A stretch of DNA of 64,000 bases. Source: a virus. Within the stretch, counting starts at the first letter, position 1; the number at the start of each line of letters is the position of its first letter. Below the pieces are notes generated by a model. That model had not been told where the DNA came from and searched no databases. It saw only the letters and a list, made by a program, of their open reading frames with translations. This document shows positions 45,896 through 54,160 of this stretch, piece after piece. The translations under genes and the position numbers were made by a program. The stretch lies in IMG/VR virus record IMGVR_UViG_3300008117_000079. One strand, written 5' to 3'.

Positions 45896-46717
45896 TTATT
45901 TAATATCAAAATTTTCAGACGCTTTAACCGCATTTGATCTGTGAGTACTTGTACCACCACCAGCATTTATATCAGCAAAATATTCTGCTGCTTCTTTTTT
46001 ACTATCAAATTTAGGAAAATCTGTTTTTCCTTTTGTTAAAAATTGTAACGCAACTTTTACCGCAACTTCTCTATCATTTAATTTATCTGGATTACTTACC
46101 AAATCAATACCGGCAAGTGAACCATATTTTCTATAGTTACCCTTCCCTGTTAACTGATTAAACCCTCTCCCACGATACTTATATCCATCACCACTTTCTA
46201 CATCACCATTTCCAATTATATTTGCATAAACAACATTAAAAAATCTCTTTGGGTTTGCTTTTAATTTATTTAGTTGTTCATCGGAATATTTTCGTACTCT
46301 TTTACCGAATGTGTTTCGTATTCTTGAGTTTGCGGTATCTGAATAGTCAACTTCACTTTTTTGAATGAAGTTAGTTTCTTTCATAATTACAGATAAAATC
46401 CCTATTTGAGTGTAAGGGTCCTTAATCCCCTTTTTCTCCATTTCAGATAAAAGGTATTCAATATTTTCCTTTTGTTCACTACTAAACCCTCCACGACTAA
46501 AGTCAACTTTTCCTTTATAATTGGTGTTAGATGATTTGCCACCAATATTGACCTTTGATTCAAGATCAATTCCTGTAACTTCCTTAAATTTTTTTTTGAT
46601 ATTTTCAAAATCCGGTAAATCTTTTATTTTGTCAACAACATCAGAAAGTAATGACTCATTAATTGAGTACATATTTTTAATGTTTTTAACTTCAGACTCT
46701 GTAAGTATTTTTTTCAT
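45896..46717 (-). CDS. GH19-like glycoside hydrolase (putative endolysin / muramidase)
   Basis: YKYRGRGFNQLTGKGNYRKYG resembles the GH19 motif [FY]xGRGxxQ[IL][ST]xxxNY. 273 aa. Confidence 0.55.
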   Translation of the reverse strand: MKKILTESEVKNIKNMYSINESLLSDVVDKIKDLPDFENIKKKFKEVTGIDLESKVNIGGKSSNTNYKGKVDFSRGGFSSEQKENIEYLLSEMEKKGIKDPYTQIGILSVIMKETNFIQKSEVDYSDTANSRIRNTFGKRVRKYSDEQLNKLKANPKRFFNVVYANIIGNGDVESGDGYKYRGRGFNQLTGKGNYRKYGSLAGIDLVSNPDKLNDREVAVKVALQFLTKGKTDFPKFDSKKEAAEYFADINAGGGTSTHRSNAVKASENFDIK

Positions 46718-46746
46718 AATTATAATATAAATATATTATTAAATAA

Positions 46747-46773
46747 AAAACCCCACCGTTTAAGTGGGGTTAA
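46747..46773 (-). terminator. intrinsic terminator after holin-like ORF
   Basis: Minus strand AACCCCACTTAAACGGTGGGGTTTTTTTATT: GC stem plus T-tract. Confidence 0.55.
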
Positions 46774-46795
46774 GTAAGAAATGTTATCAAATAAA

Positions 46796-46963
46796 TTACT
46801 TTTTGTCAATTATAGACCAAACAGCACCTGCTAATGTCATAACACCACCAATAATTTCAACCACTGCTGCGTTATCAACGTAACCTTTAGCAACAACGAT
46901 ACCTCCGGCAAACGTTAATACGTGTCTAAGAATACCTAGTGCTTGTTCTTTTGTTAACTTCAT
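46796..46963 (-). CDS. small holin-like membrane protein (55 aa)
   Basis: MKLTKEQALGILRHVLTFAGGIVVAKGYVDNAAVVEIIGGVMTLAGAVWSIIDKK: two short Gly/Ala-rich hydrophobic stretches and a charged C-terminus. Adjacent to the muramidase gene, followed by a terminator. Below the ORF-track cutoff. Confidence 0.45.
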   Translation of the reverse strand: MKLTKEQALGILRHVLTFAGGIVVAKGYVDNAAVVEIIGGVMTLAGAVWSIIDKK

Positions 46964-47011
46964 AATTTTTGTTTTTTAAAGTTTATTTATTATGATAAAT
47001 ATTTAAAAATC

Positions 47012-47404
47012 TTACAAAGTACTGTTTTTCTTAATTAGCTTTTCGTTATAGTGTTCCGGACAAAGTGTTAAATACCAACCCAAATCATTCCTTAATTCAC
47101 CATCCTTACCACATTTTTCACAGATTTTATAACTATCCCTTTCAGCTTTTATTATTCTATCAAAAATCTCATCAGACCCTTCATTTATATAAAATCTAAG
47201 TCCGCCAAATTTTTCCTTAACTTGACATACTTGTTTATTCCACCCAAGACTTATTAAGTCTTCAATAAGTTCTTTGAGTAATTCATTCCATCCGGAATCA
47301 CAATTAAAATAATACGCATTTTTAATTGGTGGTTTATCCGGGTAATATCCATTTTTAAGTCCACCAATTGATTCTAGATACTCACTTAATTCTTCTGTTG
47401 TCAT
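47012..47404 (-). CDS. hypothetical Cys-containing protein
   Basis: 130-aa ORF with CEKCGKDG...CPEHY (possible zinc ribbon). Confidence 0.4.
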   Translation of the reverse strand: MTTEELSEYLESIGGLKNGYYPDKPPIKNAYYFNCDSGWNELLKELIEDLISLGWNKQVCQVKEKFGGLRFYINEGSDEIFDRIIKAERDSYKICEKCGKDGELRNDLGWYLTLCPEHYNEKLIKKNSTL

Positions 47405-47654
47405 TTTTTCTTATTTTATATTTTGTTACTAATTGTTTTATAACCAATGTATCTTTACAATTAATTTGAACTGTGTCAGCCTCAAGCTCAACACAATGCC
47501 AAATATTATCATTATCACAAAAATGCCAGTGATCCTCCTTATAAATTATTGTATCATCCCAGGTTACCGGGTATTTTTCAATGTTATAAATTTCAACATA
47601 TGTTGTTGTGCAACCAACAAATAAAAATCCAATTAAAAACAAAAAGTAGTTCAT
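47382..47654 (-). CDS. putative small lipoprotein
   Basis: MNYFLFLIGFLFVGCTTT: signal peptide with lipobox-like Cys. Confidence 0.4.
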   Translation of the reverse strand: MNYFLFLIGFLFVGCTTTYVEIYNIEKYPVTWDDTIIYKEDHWHFCDNDNIWHCVELEADTVQINCKDTLVIKQLVTKYKIRKNDNRRIK

Positions 47655-47899
47655 TATCTATTTTTTTCAAGTTGCTCAATACGATGATTTAAATACCAAA
47701 GAGCTTTTTTCAAATCCTGGAGTTCTTTATCGGATTCTTTCTTTCCGGCTCTTGAGATGTATTTAACTGTATTTCCCAGAGAAAATCCAAGGTCCCAGGC
47801 ATCAATAACCTTAATTGCTTCATAAACATTATCAGATCCTCCGTAATGTTCTGGATGGTTTACTTGTTCTTTATTCATTTTATTTAATTTAAATCCCAA
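47654..47899 (-). CDS. DUF3310-like phage protein
   Basis: HPEHYGG...YEAIKVIDAW...GFSLGNTVKYISRAGKK...DLKKALWYL matches the DUF3310 pattern (HP.HY...E.I......F.LGN..KY..R...K...DL.KA..YL). Confidence 0.5.
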   Translation of the reverse strand: MGFKLNKMNKEQVNHPEHYGGSDNVYEAIKVIDAWDLGFSLGNTVKYISRAGKKESDKELQDLKKALWYLNHRIEQLEKNR

Positions 47900-48258
47900 T
47901 ATGGTCCAACAATAAATTTAACATCGTTTCTTAATGAAGAAATAATTTCTTTTTTAAACTCTTCATTTAGTGTTGTAAGTTCTTCGGTAATTCCGTCAAA
48001 TCCCGGTTGATCCGGATGGTTAAGTTTTACAAGTCTAGTCATTTCGGAATAATCCTCATCATCAATTTGATTTTTTAGTCTAATCAAATTAATTAAACAA
48101 CTAAATAAGTACAATTCTTTACCATCAAATAAAAGATAATAATAATCATATTCATCTTCAACCATTCCAATAAGTCTATATACAGAAAAATCACAAATGA
48201 CAAGTTCACCTTTTAGGTTGTCAAAGATTTCCTGGAATATTTTAAGGTTTGTGTCCAT
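47884..48258 (-). CDS. hypothetical protein
   Basis: 124-aa ORF overlapping the downstream gene start. Confidence 0.4.
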   Translation of the reverse strand: MDTNLKIFQEIFDNLKGELVICDFSVYRLIGMVEDEYDYYYLLFDGKELYLFSCLINLIRLKNQIDDEDYSEMTRLVKLNHPDQPGFDGITEELTTLNEEFKKEIISSLRNDVKFIVGPYWDLN

Positions 48259-48259
48259 A

Positions 48260-48436
48260 TTATACTAATTGCTCCATTGTCCAGACATTATTACATACCC
48301 TACATTTGTATGTTACTTTTGTGGTTGTATCCTCTGTAGAATCACCATAATACATCCCAACAATTCTTCCTTCTCTGTTACAATTGTGTTTTAACATTTT
48401 TTTTAACTTTCTTTTAATTAATCTAATTCTTCTCAT
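48260..48436 (-). CDS. small Cys-rich protein (58 aa)
   Basis: ATG ORF MRRIRLIKRKLKKMLKHNCNREGRIVGMYYGDSTEDTTTKVTYKCRVCNNVWTMEQLV; basic N-terminus and CxxC pair. Confidence 0.25.
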   Translation of the reverse strand: MRRIRLIKRKLKKMLKHNCNREGRIVGMYYGDSTEDTTTKVTYKCRVCNNVWTMEQLV

Positions 48437-48532
48437 TTAATATTTTTTCATTTTTTATTTATTACATATAGGAAAATAAAAAACAACCACACAATATTTC
48501 TATTAATGTGGTTGTTTGCATCTTAAGCGGTG

Positions 48533-48606
48533 TGGACCTTGTAGGGTTTGAACCTACGACTCCTTGATTATGAGTCAAGCACTCTGACCAACTGAGTTAA
48601 AGGTCC
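48533..48606 (-). tRNA. tRNA-Met (anticodon CAT)
   Basis: Cloverleaf GGACCTT-TA-ACTC/AGTTGGTC/AGAGT-G-CTTGA/CTCATAA/TCAAG-GAGTC-GTAGG/TTCAAAC/CCTAC-AAGGTCC-A; all stems pair; CCA not encoded. Confidence 0.75.
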
Positions 48607-48709
48607 GGTTGAGGATGAGAAGTCCTCTGTGTTGTGATTCATACTAGGTTAAATCCAAATCAAGACCATATCCCACCGTAATTCCTTTCTCAAGGGAATA
48701 ACACAACAG

Positions 48710-48789
48710 TACTCCGAGAGGGATTTGAACCCTCACCCCGTAGGAATGCGGCTTAAACGCATCGTGTATACCAATTTCACCATCGGAGC
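48710..48789 (-). tRNA. tRNA-Leu (anticodon TAA)
   Basis: GCTCCGA acceptor pairs with TCGGAGT; anticodon arm ATGCG/TTTAAGC/CGCAT; 11-nt variable region; T-arm GAGGG/TTCAAAT/CCCTC. Confidence 0.6.
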
Positions 48790-48969
48790 ATATTTTAGAA
48801 AATATTTCTTCAGCATTCTACTCCCAGCCCCGAGGAATCGTATCTTACTTAGCCCGTCTCACCGCTGTATGGGTACTGAAGTTAATATTTTCTTTTTTTT
48901 CTACCTATTAAAAGTATAAACAAAACAAATGATACAAACAATAACATATTCATCTTTTAATTGTATTTG

Positions 48970-49069
48970 TAGACAAGAAAGGATTTGAACCTATACGACA
49001 ACTTTTACATTGTCTCGGTACAATCTTAGTTAGATCTACCTTAGCGTCTGCCGATTTCGCCACTTGCCT
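48970..49069 (-). tRNA. tRNA-like gene, ~100 nt, type II-like D-arm, anticodon arm not resolvable
   Basis: Acceptor AGGCAAG/CTTGTCT, D-arm TGGCGAAATCGGCAGACGC, T-arm ATAGG/TTCAAAT/CCTTT. The internal 48 nt (TAAGGTAGATCTAACTAAGATTGTACC + hairpin GACAA-TGTAAAAG-TTGTC) do not fold into a canonical 5-bp/7-nt anticodon arm. Confidence 0.35.
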
Positions 49070-49331
49070 TTGTTAACACCCTAATTTATTCAGCTTACAG
49101 GTGCTCCGGTTGTCCCCACCAAAAAGGTAGGTTAGAAATAGTTTCTTTCGTCCTCAACCCAGGTCGGGCAAACTTTCAGTCCACCTCTGTTGAGATGTGC
49201 GTTTCCACTGTATCTAATACAACTTACTTTCCCAGTCGTTCTCCCTATACGACAATGTACGTTCCCCTACGGATATCACTCCGTTTCTCATTATGTGGGG
49301 CACACTAGGGGGTGATGAACCCTACCACGTG

Positions 49332-49435
49332 TAGTCAGGACAGGATTTGAACCTATAAGAGACCCATTGTTAACCCTCATTTAATGTCTCAACCCCAGGG
49401 TGTTGAGGTGCGTCTACCAATTCCGCCACCTGACT
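49332..49435 (-). tRNA. tRNA-like gene, ~104 nt, type II-like D-arm, 6-bp stem with 8-nt loop (ACCCTGGG) at anticodon position
   Basis: Acceptor AGTCAGG/CCTGACT, D-arm TGGCGGAATTGGTAGACGC (Leu/Ser/Tyr-like), T-arm ATAGG/TTCAAAT/CCTGT. The middle has CTCAAC-ACCCTGGG-GTTGAG followed by a long hairpin GAGAC...(22 nt)...GTCTC. Paralogous in layout to 48970..49069. Confidence 0.35.
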
Positions 49436-49581
49436 ATTTTTTACTGTTCACGTAGAACACACAATCTTTTTTTCGTTTGCTCTTAAAGACTATCTCTTTA
49501 TCTTCCTTAACTTGCCACCATATTCCTATCCAAGCATGACATTTCTTTTCTATTGTATAATTCATAACTTTTAATTTTTTG

Positions 49582-49655
49582 TAGTCCCGACAGGATTCAA
49601 ACCTGTGACCTTCGCCTTAGAAGGGCGTTGCTCTATTCAGCTGAGCTACGGGACC
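49582..49655 (-). tRNA. tRNA-Arg (anticodon TCT)
   Basis: GGTCCCG-TA-GCTC/AGCTGAATA/GAGC-A-ACGCC/CTTCTAA/GGCGA-AGGTC-ACAGG/TTTGAAT/CCTGT-CGGGACT-A; only mismatch A27:A43. Confidence 0.7.
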
Positions 49656-49665
49656 ATATTTTTTG

Positions 49666-49740
49666 TATTCCGTATGGGATTTGAACCCATGATCTCTTCC
49701 GTGAAAGGGAAGTGTCCTAAACCAGCTAGACGAACGGAAC
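49666..49740 (-). tRNA. tRNA-Glu (anticodon TTC)
   Basis: GTTCCGT acceptor; anticodon arm CTTCC/CTTTCAC/GGAAG perfect; T-arm ATGGG/TTCAAAT/CCCAT. Confidence 0.75.
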
Positions 49741-50200
49741 ATAAAACCACATTACAAAACCATAAAGGTACAACTCCTGCGGTCGCGTTGTTCATTACAA
49801 TATTTTAAATCACTTTCGCCCCCTGTATAGACATGCGTCAGATGCTTAAGGTCAGCCTTAACTATTAAGGGAGCCACCCGTGATTTAGATTTTTAAAAAA
49901 TGGTAAGACCTTAAGATTTACTTATTCGTGGGTTACCCCATCCTTACTACCCACACCTCGCCTTTAACATCCGTTCTACCCAAACCATCGTTTATTACCA
50001 GTTAACCTCCCGGAAAACTTTGAGTACCTCCTCAACACGTTAGTCTGATAGGGGCTCCGTTTTACTCATCATTTCTGATTCTCTATGAGAGTCTGCTGAC
50101 GTAGGTCTATCTGCTATCTTACCAATCTATTATTTCAAAGAACTTCTTTCCTTATTTGTTTTACAAAGATAAGGAGAATTTTTCAATCCTCCAAATCTTT

Positions 50201-51103
50201 TTATTTAATATTCAAAAACGTTCCAGAACTGCCTGCCATTGTTGTTGGAAGTTTACCATCCCAAGCATTTGCCTTCAAATACTCAATATACATCGGTGTT
50301 AGTTTTTGTTGTTTCAACTCAATTGCAAGTGATGCCGCTTTTGCGTTGATAATTGTTTCTGCCGAGTCGGCTCTTGCGACAGCCACCTTACGTTTTCCTT
50401 CTGCAATTGCAGCAATTGCTTGTTGCTCGGAGGCTTCAGCTTGTTGGATAGCTTTTGTTTTTGCAATAATTGATTCCTGGAGCGCCTCCGGTGGTGTAAT
50501 GTTTGTTCTAAGTTGTGACACATCAAACCACTTTGTTAATCGTTTATTACACTCAACAACAATTGCCGCTTCAAACTGTTGACGATTAGAAAAAATACTA
50601 TCAACTTCCCATTTATTTGCTTCATCATTAACCGCCCCAACAATTGCGTTTTTAAGCCACCCTTGTTCAATTTCTTTAACACCCAATCGTAGGTTTTCAA
50701 ACATATCACCAATTGCTTCCGGTTTCAACGAGTAGTTAAACGATGGTTTAATAGTTGCTGAGAACCCACCCTTTGTAATTACAACCTGATCATCATACTC
50801 AATATGTTGTTGAAAGGTTGGGAACTCAAGAACTTGCGTGAACCAGGTGTTATAAACAACCCACCCAGTTTTGTACTGATATGAAGCAACCCCTCTTTCA
50901 GATCCGGACAAGTTAACCACAATACCTTTGTGACCGGCGTCAATTCTCTCAAGTGAGTATGGTTGGAATACGCCAATCAATACACCCACAACACCAACAA
51001 CAACTCCTTTTAGAATACTTGAGGACTCATCGTTAATTTTACCTTTTACAATCATCACCCCTGCGATAATCAAAAACACTAATGTTACAATCAAACTAAT
51101 CAT
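50201..51103 (-). CDS. SPFH/band-7 (prohibitin/HflC-like) domain membrane protein
   Basis: N-terminal TM helix (ISLIVTLVFLIIAGVMIV), then an SPFH-type domain and a C-terminal Ala/Glu/Gln-rich coiled coil (AIQQAEASEQQAIAAIAEGKRKVAVARADSAE...) typical of band-7 proteins. GC content noticeably above the phage average. Confidence 0.7.
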   Translation of the reverse strand: MISLIVTLVFLIIAGVMIVKGKINDESSSILKGVVVGVVGVLIGVFQPYSLERIDAGHKGIVVNLSGSERGVASYQYKTGWVVYNTWFTQVLEFPTFQQHIEYDDQVVITKGGFSATIKPSFNYSLKPEAIGDMFENLRLGVKEIEQGWLKNAIVGAVNDEANKWEVDSIFSNRQQFEAAIVVECNKRLTKWFDVSQLRTNITPPEALQESIIAKTKAIQQAEASEQQAIAAIAEGKRKVAVARADSAETIINAKAASLAIELKQQKLTPMYIEYLKANAWDGKLPTTMAGSSGTFLNIK

Positions 51104-51317
51104 TTTCTTTTTCTTTTTTGTTAAATAAATTTGTTATTTCTTTTACTATTAGCTTTATTTGAAAAACGGTGTAGAATAAAGCTATAAAACTAGCACCGAT
51201 TTGTAGGATTTCATCAACCTCCCGGTTGATTACATAACTGAAAAATAAATTCATTATGTAGATGTAAATCATTGTGGTACCTACAACACCCCACAACCCC
51301 AGTTTAAACTTTAACAT
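51096..51317 (-). CDS. small membrane protein upstream of SPFH gene (possible partner protein)
   Basis: The ORF-track ORF 51096..51473 runs through tRNA-Asp. The plausible CDS starts at the internal Met MLKFKLGLWGVVGTTMIYIYIMNLFFSYVINREVDEILQIGASFIALFYTVFQIKLIV... (two hydrophobic helices) and overlaps the SPFH gene start by 8 nt. Confidence 0.3.
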   Translation of the reverse strand: MLKFKLGLWGVVGTTMIYIYIMNLFFSYVINREVDEILQIGASFIALFYTVFQIKLIVKEITNLFNKKEKEND

Positions 51318-51346
51318 TTCATTTTGTTTAGTTTTTAATTGTTTAG

Positions 51347-51418
51347 CGGTCCATCCGGGAATTGAACCCGGAGCACATCCGTGACAGGGATGTATGTTAG
51401 CCACTACACCAATGGACC
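51347..51418 (-). tRNA. tRNA-Asp (anticodon GTC)
   Basis: GGTCCAT acceptor; anticodon arm CATCC/CTGTCAC/GGATG (loop identical to bacterial tRNA-Asp); T-arm CCGGG/TTCAATT/CCCGG. Confidence 0.75.
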
Positions 51419-51927
51419 ATTTTAAGGGTGAACACGGGCCTAGCGTGCCGTCTTTTAGGAAAGGCCCTCCCACCTATCCACCCTTTTTGTTGTAGCAACG
51501 CCTTGGAATCGCACCAAGTTAAACCGGCTTATGAGACCGGTGAGATCCTCTACCTCCCGCCTGCTATATCTGTGATACAGTAGTTGACAACCACACTCGT
51601 TTCACCATCTTTTGTCAACAGGTCTATGAACTTAACGAGTTCACCTTTTCTTACCACCACAATATTTTAAAAAGTTGTGATTTATATGTATCAGCATCAT
51701 TACTCCATTATTAAATGCTTCACGGCGGATTAGACCGTGCTAGTCGGAGCAAGCTAGTTCAACACATACTACCTAAAGTTTTCCCCCTCGCTTTAGTGTA
51801 ATAAATCACAATGTTTTCAAAGAACTTTTTTCCCTTTATCTGGGGGTAGGATACCAATTTCTAAACTTCCTACCCCCATCGTTTGTCTTACAAAGATATG
51901 TCAAATTTTTTAATCTACCAAATCTTT

Positions 51928-52221
51928 TTAATGTAATCTTATAAGATATCTCATAATTTTTTCAATATCTTCTTTTGTTTGGTATCCCAAAACATCATTT
52001 GTTAAAATTGTATCATAACAAAGTTCCCAGTTGTTTTCATCACCTTTTAGGATTGCAACTTCCCACTCATCTTCGTTACTTGTATAAGACATATATCTAT
52101 CACCAAAAGGAGATTTAAATCTAACACAAGAAATTCCATATCCTCCCGGAAAGAAAATAGTACCCTGAAGACCAACACCCATGCTATGGGGTTTAAACTT
52201 TATATCACTAAATTTTACCAT
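51928..52221 (-). CDS. hypothetical protein
   Basis: 97-aa ORF inside the tRNA/RNA island. Confidence 0.35.
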   Translation of the reverse strand: MVKFSDIKFKPHSMGVGLQGTIFFPGGYGISCVRFKSPFGDRYMSYTSNEDEWEVAILKGDENNWELCYDTILTNDVLGYQTKEDIEKIMRYLIRLH

Positions 52222-52633
52222 ACAACAAAGGTATATTTAATTTTTTATATTTCCAATATGTCAAAGAACAAAAAACCCATCTTTTTTGAAGATGGGTTTC
52301 TAATATTTTATGTATTAATTTATCACACCATCTTCACATAGATAGAATCCTCAGCTTCTGCTAACCCTCTCAAAGATATGATATGTAAATTTTTCATTTG
52401 CAGTTTTATTATTTTTGTTATAAATATATAATACTTTTAAAAAGTGTAAATATTAAACAAAAAATTGTTTTTTATGTTTAATCTTTCGTGTGTAAGTATT
52501 TTTTGACTCCTCAACCCGGGAAACAAATCTACCGTCAAAGAATCCGGCTTTTACCTGGTCTTCCCTGATCTGAGTTCTTTTCATCTTATGTTGGTCATAC
52601 GTTTTCATAATCGTTTATTTTTTTAAAGTTTTG

Positions 52634-52707
52634 TACCCCTAGCAGGACTTGAACCTGCAAAATTCAGATCCTAAATCTGACGCGTATACCTATTCCGCCA
52701 TAGGGGC
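52634..52707 (-). tRNA. tRNA with anticodon TAG in a class I (short variable arm) body
   Basis: GCCCCTA-TG-GCGG/AATAGGTATA/CGC-G-TCAGA/TTTAGGA/TCTGA-ATTTT-GCAGG/TTCAAGT/CCTGC-TAGGGGT-A. UAG anticodon would read Leu CUA/CUG but lacks the long variable arm of Leu tRNAs. Confidence 0.5.
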
Positions 52708-52716
52708 ATTTTGTTG

Positions 52717-52789
52717 AGAGAGGTGAGGGACTTGAACCCCCGTACTGTGGGTTGCAACCACAGACCTAACGCCGCTCGGACAACCTCTC
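52717..52789 (-). tRNA. tRNA-Cys (anticodon GCA)
   Basis: GAGAGGT acceptor with U73 discriminator (Cys identity element); anticodon arm CTGTGG/TTGCAAC/CCACAG; T-arm GGGGG/TTCAAGT/CCCTC; weak D-stem. Confidence 0.55.
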
Positions 52790-52793
52790 ATAA

Positions 52794-53249
52794 TTAGCGG
52801 CAGTGGTGGTCTGCCGCCCTTGTTGCAATTTGGTTGTGGGGTTTAATGTTTGTCTTGTACCCCAGTGAAGTCGCCCAACCAACAGCCGGTTGGACTAATT
52901 TTGAGCTGAAGTGTTTTAAGTCGCTGTTGTAATCTAAATCTATTTCCACCTTTACATTCACTTTTGTGGTTAACCACTCTGCAACCTCAATTGAATAATC
53001 GGCCTCATTCCATAATCTGGTCCATTTATCTTTAATCTTTTTTGTCTTTTGTTTGTGATAGATATAATGAACCCCCCTATTCCCAAATCTATAAGCAATT
53101 GCTGTAACATATATAGTGCTTCTTCTATGATTCTGAGAGTCAGTACCAATGTGTACCTCAACCCAGGGACATTCCTTTAATATATCAACAGTATGTTTTA
53201 CAATGTCAGGAACAGATTCTCCGGTTACTTTTCTGAATACTCTGTTCAT
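52794..53249 (-). CDS. YkuK/DUF458-like RNase H-fold protein
   Basis: 151 aa with the HIGTDSQ motif characteristic of the YkuK family of RNase H-like proteins; located between tRNA genes. Confidence 0.45.
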   Translation of the reverse strand: MNRVFRKVTGESVPDIVKHTVDILKECPWVEVHIGTDSQNHRRSTIYVTAIAYRFGNRGVHYIYHKQKTKKIKDKWTRLWNEADYSIEVAEWLTTKVNVKVEIDLDYNSDLKHFSSKLVQPAVGWATSLGYKTNIKPHNQIATRAADHHCR

Positions 53250-53272
53250 AATTTCCTTAATTTATTTGTTTG

Positions 53273-53348
53273 TGGAACCATAGGGAGTTGAACCCCAACC
53301 TTTGGATTTTCAGTCCAACGTGACACACCACACTTACACCATAGTTCC
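53273..53348 (-). tRNA. tRNA-Phe-like (anticodon GAA), atypical D-arm
   Basis: Acceptor GGAACTA/TGGTTCC, anticodon arm TTGGA/CTGAAAA/TCCAA, T-arm TGGGG/TTCAACT/CCCTA are canonical. The D region (GTGTAAGTGTGGTGTGTCAC, 20 nt) is over-long and poorly paired. Confidence 0.5.
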
Positions 53349-53350
53349 TT

Positions 53351-53848
53351 TTATTTAATTTCAAATGCACAACGCATCGGTCTTTTCAATTTTTGAGAAT
53401 CCTCAAAGTTTCCAACAACAACACCATCTTTAATTGTAAAAGCGTGACCTTTAACAAGTACAAAAAAAGTTCCCTTTGGATTTTTCTTAACAAAGGTACC
53501 AACAGTCATTTTTCTTGTAACCACTTCACCTTTAACCTTAACGGGGTAATCCAAAGATCTTAACATATAGTCGTTCTTTCTTTCACCAACAATATGAACT
53601 TTTTTTCCGTTTATCATAACTCTGTTATCGGACATTTTAACAAATTTTAATGGAGTCCCAAATGTCCCTCTTCTTGGTTGTCTATTAAACTCTTCAGCGA
53701 CATACTTGTGTGCATAGTCATATGAAACCTCAAATGAGGACGCAAATGCTCTTACAACACAATCGTTTGTTTCACCTTTTGCAATTTTAGAGTCACTATA
53801 CCCTTTGATTGCCTTTCCTGTTGCTTCGTATGGTAGTCTGTTTTTCAT
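53351..53848 (-). CDS. hypothetical protein with possible Cys/His hydrolase dyad
   Basis: 165 aa; conserved-looking NDCVVRAFA (Cys) and KGHAFTIKDGVVVGN (His) segments suggest a papain-like/permuted thiol hydrolase, but this is speculative. Confidence 0.35.
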   Translation of the reverse strand: MKNRLPYEATGKAIKGYSDSKIAKGETNDCVVRAFASSFEVSYDYAHKYVAEEFNRQPRRGTFGTPLKFVKMSDNRVMINGKKVHIVGERKNDYMLRSLDYPVKVKGEVVTRKMTVGTFVKKNPKGTFFVLVKGHAFTIKDGVVVGNFEDSQKLKRPMRCAFEIK

Positions 53849-53884
53849 ATCTCAAAGATACAAAAAGTTTTTTAACCACCAAAA

Positions 53885-53955
53885 TTATTTTTAGCGCGTG
53901 GTGTAGGAATTGAACCCACCCAGTGAGGTTTTGGAGACCTACCCGACACCTTGTC
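53885..53955 (-). tRNA. tRNA-Trp-like (anticodon CCA), compact D-arm
   Basis: Acceptor GCGTGGT/ACCACGC, loop CTCCAAA with anticodon CCA, T-arm GTGGG/TTCAATT/CCTAC. D-arm reduced (GACA-AGGTG-TGTC); 71 nt. Confidence 0.45.
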
Positions 53956-54160
53956 TGTACCACGCAAATGCCCGACCTAGCTCGGGACCGACATCGGATA
54001 TTTAAATAGTTCTGGTCAACCACTCGCCACCCACCAATCTCTTGTATCAAACTTTTTGTAGTCCAAACGATTCCTTTATTGAACTTAATCATTTTGGTAA
54101 TATCTCCTACGACTCATTCTCAACTCACTTGCCTAAGCCTTGTCCGTTGTGAACTATTTG

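Noticed and set aside
51096-51473. Full-length ORF-track ORF 51096..51473 (125 aa)
   Set aside because: Its N-terminal 50 residues are read through tRNA-Asp (51347..51418); only the C-terminal part from the internal Met (51317) is plausible.
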